From: an uncultured Bacilli bacterium
GTDB taxonomy: Bacteria; Bacillota_I; Bacilli_A; RF39; UBA660
Direction of reading: 5' to 3'
DNA: 64,000 nucleotides
Assembly: GCA_934168005.1 (NCBI GenBank)
Contig: CAKPMN010000003.1
Coordinates: forward strand, 1,100-65,099
Positions 59,520 through 64,000 of the stretch are shown piece after piece. The notes beneath the pieces were generated by a model. The model did no database searches, was not told where the DNA came from, and was given only the letters and a program-made list of their open reading frames with translations. Numbering within the stretch: position 1 is the stretch's first letter; every line of letters begins with the position of its first letter. Both the position numbers and the translations under genes were made by a program.

Positions 59520-60926
59520 ATGAAAAGGATAAGTTGTCTTTTTGTAGCTTTTATGATTTTTATGGCTACAGGATGTGTCAAAATGGATTATTCTATGACA
59601 GTAGGAAAGGACAAAAGTGTAGATTTTAAAATCATAGAAGCAGTAAATAAAAAAGTATTAGAGTCATCAGGTCAAAATGCTTTTAATGAAACTGATTTAG
59701 AGCAATATAGAAAAGATGGATACTCTATTAGAGAATACGATGATGGAACTAATGCAGGATATGTATTTTCTTTAAAAATAGATGATATAAATGAAATTAG
59801 TACAGAAGAAAGTATTAATTCAAAATTAGAAATGTATACTACAAAAGATGGAAAAAAATACTTTTTTACTGTAAAAAAAGGATTATTTAGAAATAAATAT
59901 ACTGCAGTTTTTGTATCTGATGTTAGTGATTCTATAAAAGATTCTATAAATGATATTGAAACAAAAGATAATACAACAAATACTAAAGATACAACAACAA
60001 CTGTAACTGATAAAGAAACTAATGTAACAGATAAAGCTACTGATAATAAGACAGATAGTACAACTGTGGATAAAACAACAGATAGCACTACAACTAAAGA
60101 TACTTTAAGTGATAGTGATCTAACTGATCTTATGAATACTATGGAAGCTAAGTTTAGTATAAATTTACCTTATGGTGCGATTAAATCAAATGCTAAAGAC
60201 GTTAGTGAAGATGGTAAAACATTAACATGGGATTTGATTAGTTTAGATGGAAACATAGAATTTGAATTTTATTTATATAATATTATTCCATTATTTGTTT
60301 TAGCTGGATCTACTTTATTATTATTAATTATAATAATTGTTTTAATTATTCGACACATTCAAAACAAGAAATATTTAAAATTAGCTCTTGAAAGAGAAAG
60401 AAGAGAACAAGAAGAATTAAAAAAAGCTGATGATAGTGAAGAAGAAAATACAAAAGATGAAGTTTTATCTAGCAACACTAGTTTAAATGATATTTCTACT
60501 GATGAAAATAAATATGAAGAAGAATTGACTGAACAAGTTGGTTTGGATGAATCAGATGAAAATGCTTTTGGAGCTGATGAGGTAGATAATTCATCAGAAA
60601 ATTTAGAAACTAACGAATTAGAAGAACCAAAAAATTTGGAAGTAAATAATGATTATTATTCAAATAATGTTGAAGATACTTTTGAACCTGTTGAATCTAG
60701 TGATGTAGAAAGTGTGGATAATTCAGATATAAATAATGATGATGTTTCAAATAGTGATGAAGATACTTTTGAATCTAATGAAACAAAACAAGATGTAGAA
60801 GAGGTAGAAAACAAACCAAATTTTCATTTCGAAGAGATAGTTACTCCAGAAAATGTAAATAATTTTCATGTAGAGGAAATTATAACTCCAGAAAATGTTG
60901 ATAAGTTAGAAAATAAAGAGAAATAG
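59520..60926 (+). CDS. LppM-like lipoprotein with a C-terminal TM helix and a long acidic cytoplasmic tail
   Basis: 468 aa. Has the lipobox FMATGC, a Thr/Asp-rich linker, the TM helix IIPLFVLAGSTLLLLIIIIVLII, and an acidic repetitive tail. Confidence 0.5.
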   Translation: MKRISCLFVAFMIFMATGCVKMDYSMTVGKDKSVDFKIIEAVNKKVLESSGQNAFNETDLEQYRKDGYSIREYDDGTNAGYVFSLKIDDINEISTEESINSKLEMYTTKDGKKYFFTVKKGLFRNKYTAVFVSDVSDSIKDSINDIETKDNTTNTKDTTTTVTDKETNVTDKATDNKTDSTTVDKTTDSTTTKDTLSDSDLTDLMNTMEAKFSINLPYGAIKSNAKDVSEDGKTLTWDLISLDGNIEFEFYLYNIIPLFVLAGSTLLLLIIIIVLIIRHIQNKKYLKLALERERREQEELKKADDSEEENTKDEVLSSNTSLNDISTDENKYEEELTEQVGLDESDENAFGADEVDNSSENLETNELEEPKNLEVNNDYYSNNVEDTFEPVESSDVESVDNSDINNDDVSNSDEDTFESNETKQDVEEVENKPNFHFEEIVTPENVNNFHVEEIITPENVDKLENKEK

Positions 60927-60991
60927 ATTATCTATTTCTTTTTTTGTATACTATTTTTTCAATTTTTGATAAAATAAGTAAAGGTGGTACT

Positions 60992-63529
60992 ATGAACAGA
61001 AAAGATGTAGATAAAACAAAAGTAACTCCTATGATGCAACAATATTTGGAAATAAAAGAACAAAATCCAGATATTATTTTATTTTTTCGTTTAGGGGATT
61101 TTTATGAAATGTTTTTTGAAGATGCTTATACAGCGTCTCGTGAACTTGAGTTAACTTTAACTGGTAAAAGTGCAGGTCTTGATGAGAAGATTCCTATGTG
61201 TGGAATACCATATCATGCTGCTAATGTATATATAGAAAAAATGGTTGATAAAGGATATAAGATTGGTATATGTGAACAAGTTGAAGATCCTAAATTAGCT
61301 AAAGGAATTGTAAAAAGAGAAGTAATCCAAATAATAAGTAAAGGTACTTTGATAGATGATGAGTCCCTAACTTCTTATTTAAACAATTATGTTGGAAGTA
61401 TTTTAGATTTTGGACATTGTTATGTTGTAAGTTATGCGGATATATCAACAGGTGAAGTTAATGCTAAAATGATACCTCATAATAAAAATCTACTTACATC
61501 AGAAGTTATTTCACTTAATATAGGTGAGGTAATACTTTCTGATAAAGTTGATAAGGGTATTTTATCATTATTTAAAAATCAGTTTCATTTGACAGTTACC
61601 GTTACTGATCAAATATCTGATTTAAAAGGATATGAATATATTTACGAAGATGTATCTGATATGCGCTATATTGAAGGTGTAAAACATTTACTTACATATA
61701 TTTTTAACACACAAAAAAGAGATTTATCACATTTACAAAAACTAGTTATTCATGAAAATAAAAATTATTTAAAAATGGATATTCATACTAAAAGAAACCT
61801 TGAACTTACTGAGACACTTAGATTAAAACAGAGAAATTATTCTTTAATCTGGTTACTTGATAAAACAAAAACAGCAATGGGCTCACGTATGCTTAAGACA
61901 TTTATTGAAAATCCTTTAATTAATAAAGATGAAATAAATAGACGTTTAGATGTTGTTGATACATTTTTAACTGAATTTATTTTGAAAGATGATTTAGTTA
62001 AATGTTTAATGGAAGTATATGACTTGGAACGATTAAGTGGCCGTATTGCTTTTGGTAATGCTAATGCAAGAGATTTATTACAACTTAAAAGTTCTCTTAG
62101 GGTTTTACCTCAAATTCATACAATATTAGATGAAATTCATTATGATAAAAATATTTTAGTTTTAGATGAATTATATGATTTATTAGATAGAAGTATTTAT
62201 GAAAATCCTCCTGTATCTGTTAAGGAAGGCTATTTGATAAAAGAAGGTTATAGTAGTGAACTTGACGAATTAAAGAGTTTACGTAAAGGTGGTAAAGACT
62301 TTGTAGCTGACTTTGAAGAACAAGAACGTGAAAGAACTGGTATTAAAAATCTAAAAATTGGTTATAACAGAGTTTTTGGATATTATATTGAAGTTTCTAA
62401 AGGAAATGTTTCTCTAATTAAAGATGAATATGGTTATGAGAGAAAACAAACTCTAGCAAATGCAGAACGTTATATAAGTCCTATTTTAAAAGAAAAAGAA
62501 GCTCTTATTTTAAATGCTGAGGAAAGAATTATAGAGTTAGAATATAATTTGTTTATGCAAGTTAGAGATAAAATAAAAGAATACATCCCATCTCTTCAAG
62601 ATATTGCGAAAGTTATTAGTGAAGTAGATGTTTTACAAAGTTTTGCAACTGTAACAGAAGAGAATAATTATGTTAGACCAATAATAAATGATAATAGAGA
62701 TGTAAGAATAATAGATGATAGACATCCTGTTGTTGAAAAGGTTTTATCAAATGAATTTGTAAGTAATGATATTATAATGGATCCTAATACTAATATTCTT
62801 CTAATAACTGGACCTAATATGGCTGGTAAATCAACATATATGAGGCAAATGGCTATAACTGTTATTATGGCCCAAATTGGTTGTTTTGTTCCTGCACGTG
62901 AAGCTACTCTTCCTATATTTGACGCTATATTTACTCGTATTGGTGCTAGTGACGATTTAGTTAGTGGTGAATCTACTTTTATGGTAGAGATGAATGAGGC
63001 TAATATGGCTATTAGTAATGCTACAGCAAATAGTTTAATTTTATTTGATGAATTAGGAAGAGGAACTGCTACTTTTGATGGTATGGCTTTAGCTCAATCC
63101 ATAATTGAATATATTCATGATTCTATTGGTTGTAAGACTTTCTTTTCAACACACTATCATGAGTTAACAGATCTTGAAAATAATTTACCTCATTTACATA
63201 ATGTTCATGTAAGTGCACGTGAAGAGAATGGTAATTTAATATTCTTACATAAAATACAAGATGGAAGTATAGATAAAAGTTATGGTATTCATGTTGCTAA
63301 ATTAGCTAATTTACCTGCTAAAGTTATTAATAGAGCTGATCAAGTTCTTAAGATATATGAGGGAAAAGAATTAAAAAGAGATATATGTATTCAGGAAGCT
63401 TTACCAATTGATGAGTTAATAGAAACTCATTCTAAAGTAGAAGAAGAAATAAAAAAAATAGATCCTTTAACTATAACTCCTATGGAAGCTTTAAATATTT
63501 TATATCACTTAAAAGAAGAGGTTAAATAA
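60992..63529 (+). CDS. mutS: DNA mismatch repair protein MutS
   Basis: About 845 aa from MNRKDV (RBS AAAGGTGG). Contains TPMMQQYLEIKE, GDFYEMFFEDA, Walker A GPNMAGKST and DELGRGT. Confidence 0.95.
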   Translation: MNRKDVDKTKVTPMMQQYLEIKEQNPDIILFFRLGDFYEMFFEDAYTASRELELTLTGKSAGLDEKIPMCGIPYHAANVYIEKMVDKGYKIGICEQVEDPKLAKGIVKREVIQIISKGTLIDDESLTSYLNNYVGSILDFGHCYVVSYADISTGEVNAKMIPHNKNLLTSEVISLNIGEVILSDKVDKGILSLFKNQFHLTVTVTDQISDLKGYEYIYEDVSDMRYIEGVKHLLTYIFNTQKRDLSHLQKLVIHENKNYLKMDIHTKRNLELTETLRLKQRNYSLIWLLDKTKTAMGSRMLKTFIENPLINKDEINRRLDVVDTFLTEFILKDDLVKCLMEVYDLERLSGRIAFGNANARDLLQLKSSLRVLPQIHTILDEIHYDKNILVLDELYDLLDRSIYENPPVSVKEGYLIKEGYSSELDELKSLRKGGKDFVADFEEQERERTGIKNLKIGYNRVFGYYIEVSKGNVSLIKDEYGYERKQTLANAERYISPILKEKEALILNAEERIIELEYNLFMQVRDKIKEYIPSLQDIAKVISEVDVLQSFATVTEENNYVRPIINDNRDVRIIDDRHPVVEKVLSNEFVSNDIIMDPNTNILLITGPNMAGKSTYMRQMAITVIMAQIGCFVPAREATLPIFDAIFTRIGASDDLVSGESTFMVEMNEANMAISNATANSLILFDELGRGTATFDGMALAQSIIEYIHDSIGCKTFFSTHYHELTDLENNLPHLHNVHVSAREENGNLIFLHKIQDGSIDKSYGIHVAKLANLPAKVINRADQVLKIYEGKELKRDICIQEALPIDELIETHSKVEEEIKKIDPLTITPMEALNILYHLKEEVK

Positions 63530-63530
63530 T

Positions 63531-63908
63531 ATGAGTTTATTGAAAAAAGAAAATTGGTTTATGTATATTATATTAACTTTTTTTACTTTTGGTTTTTTTG
63601 CTTTCGTAATAGCTAAAGATTTGAATTTATATGAAAAAGGTGCTTGGTATACTAAATGGTATTATTGGTTTATAGGCTTCTTATTAATGATTTATCCTGG
63701 TATTATTATGCTTCTTGTTCTTAATATAACAATGCAGATAAAAATATGTAAATATTTATCTGTTCCGGGAAGTGATTATTATGCAATACCTTATACTTGG
63801 CTTTTATGTTTAATTGTTCCAGTAATTGGGTGGTCTACTTTAATTGTAATGTTACTTCATATATATTATTATCCTGCTGTTATGATTTATAAAGGAAATT
63901 TTAAATGA
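63531..63908 (+). CDS. Hypothetical polytopic membrane protein
   Basis: 125 aa with 4 hydrophobic helices. It starts 2 nt after the mutS stop. Confidence 0.45.
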   Translation: MSLLKKENWFMYIILTFFTFGFFAFVIAKDLNLYEKGAWYTKWYYWFIGFLLMIYPGIIMLLVLNITMQIKICKYLSVPGSDYYAIPYTWLLCLIVPVIGWSTLIVMLLHIYYYPAVMIYKGNFK

Positions 63909-64000
63909 TTTCTTTGGTTATATTAGCGGCTGGATTTGGAAGTAGATTTAAAGGTGGAGTAAAACAAGATTATCCTGTACTTGATGGATATAATTTGATG
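63905..64000 (+). CDS. Nucleotidyltransferase-fold protein, 5' fragment (runs off the window)
   Basis: The N-terminus ISLVILAAGFGSRFKGG matches the NTP-transferase G-rich loop. It has an ATGA overlap with the upstream gene. Confidence 0.45.
   Translation, partial: MISLVILAAGFGSRFKGGVKQDYPVLDGYNLM

Noticed and set aside
60992-64000. mutS is not followed by mutL. Instead a small membrane protein and a nucleotidyltransferase follow.
   Set aside because: The window ends 90 nt into the next gene, so mutL may simply lie further downstream or elsewhere. There is not enough information to call it an anomaly.

Overview
This 64-kb window is visibly very AT-rich and comes from an endospore-forming Firmicute. 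The gene order is Bacillus-like, and a low-GC Erysipelotrichales or Clostridia-type organism is only a guess. About 80% of it is core chromosome, including:
- t6A genes tsaB-rimI-tsaD, plus clpP, gap, tgt, thiI, pgsA, recA, rny and mutS.
- Four aminoacyl-tRNA synthetases. Three are preceded by T-box leaders (glyQS, ileS, thrS); argS is not.
- Division and shape genes sepF, divIVA, gpsB, rodZ and an ftsW/spoVE-family gene; also scpAB and the replication loaders dnaB-dnaI.
- RNase P RNA and tRNA-Leu, tRNA-Ala and tRNA-Arg.
- Many sporulation genes: two alpha/beta SASPs, a spoIIAA-like/sigF-like pair followed by spoVAC-AD-AE, a small unannotated yjcZ-like gene, spoIIIAH, gerE and gerM.

The outstanding region is a roughly 12-13 kb accessory island immediately downstream of tRNA-Ala (about 44.45-57.3 kb). 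I saw no integrase in it. It contains:
- A sigma-70 region-4-type regulator.
- A 2031-aa leaderless YD/Rhs polymorphic toxin and its candidate immunity gene.
- A start-less orphan toxin-tip plus second immunity cassette, bounded by two homology arms.
- Two holin-like genes, each coupled to a different peptidoglycan hydrolase (GH25-LysM and M23), and a phage tail-collar fragment.

My lead hypothesis is that the Rhs toxin, which has no visible secretion signal, is regulated and released by this sigma-like plus holin/endolysin context. That would resemble the clostridial PaLoc and lysis-cassette toxin export. It also carries a recombination-ready toxin-tip/immunity exchange module.

Secondary oddities:
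- The spoIIAA-like gene lacks the phospho-serine, and there is no room for spoIIAB.
- Two T-box operons carry unexpected passenger genes: a Ca/Na antiporter before ileS, and an unknown 147-aa ORF before a TGS-less thrS.
- There is a tandem triplet of VanY-type DD-carboxypeptidases.

All functional calls come from reading motifs in the supplied translations. No database search was possible.
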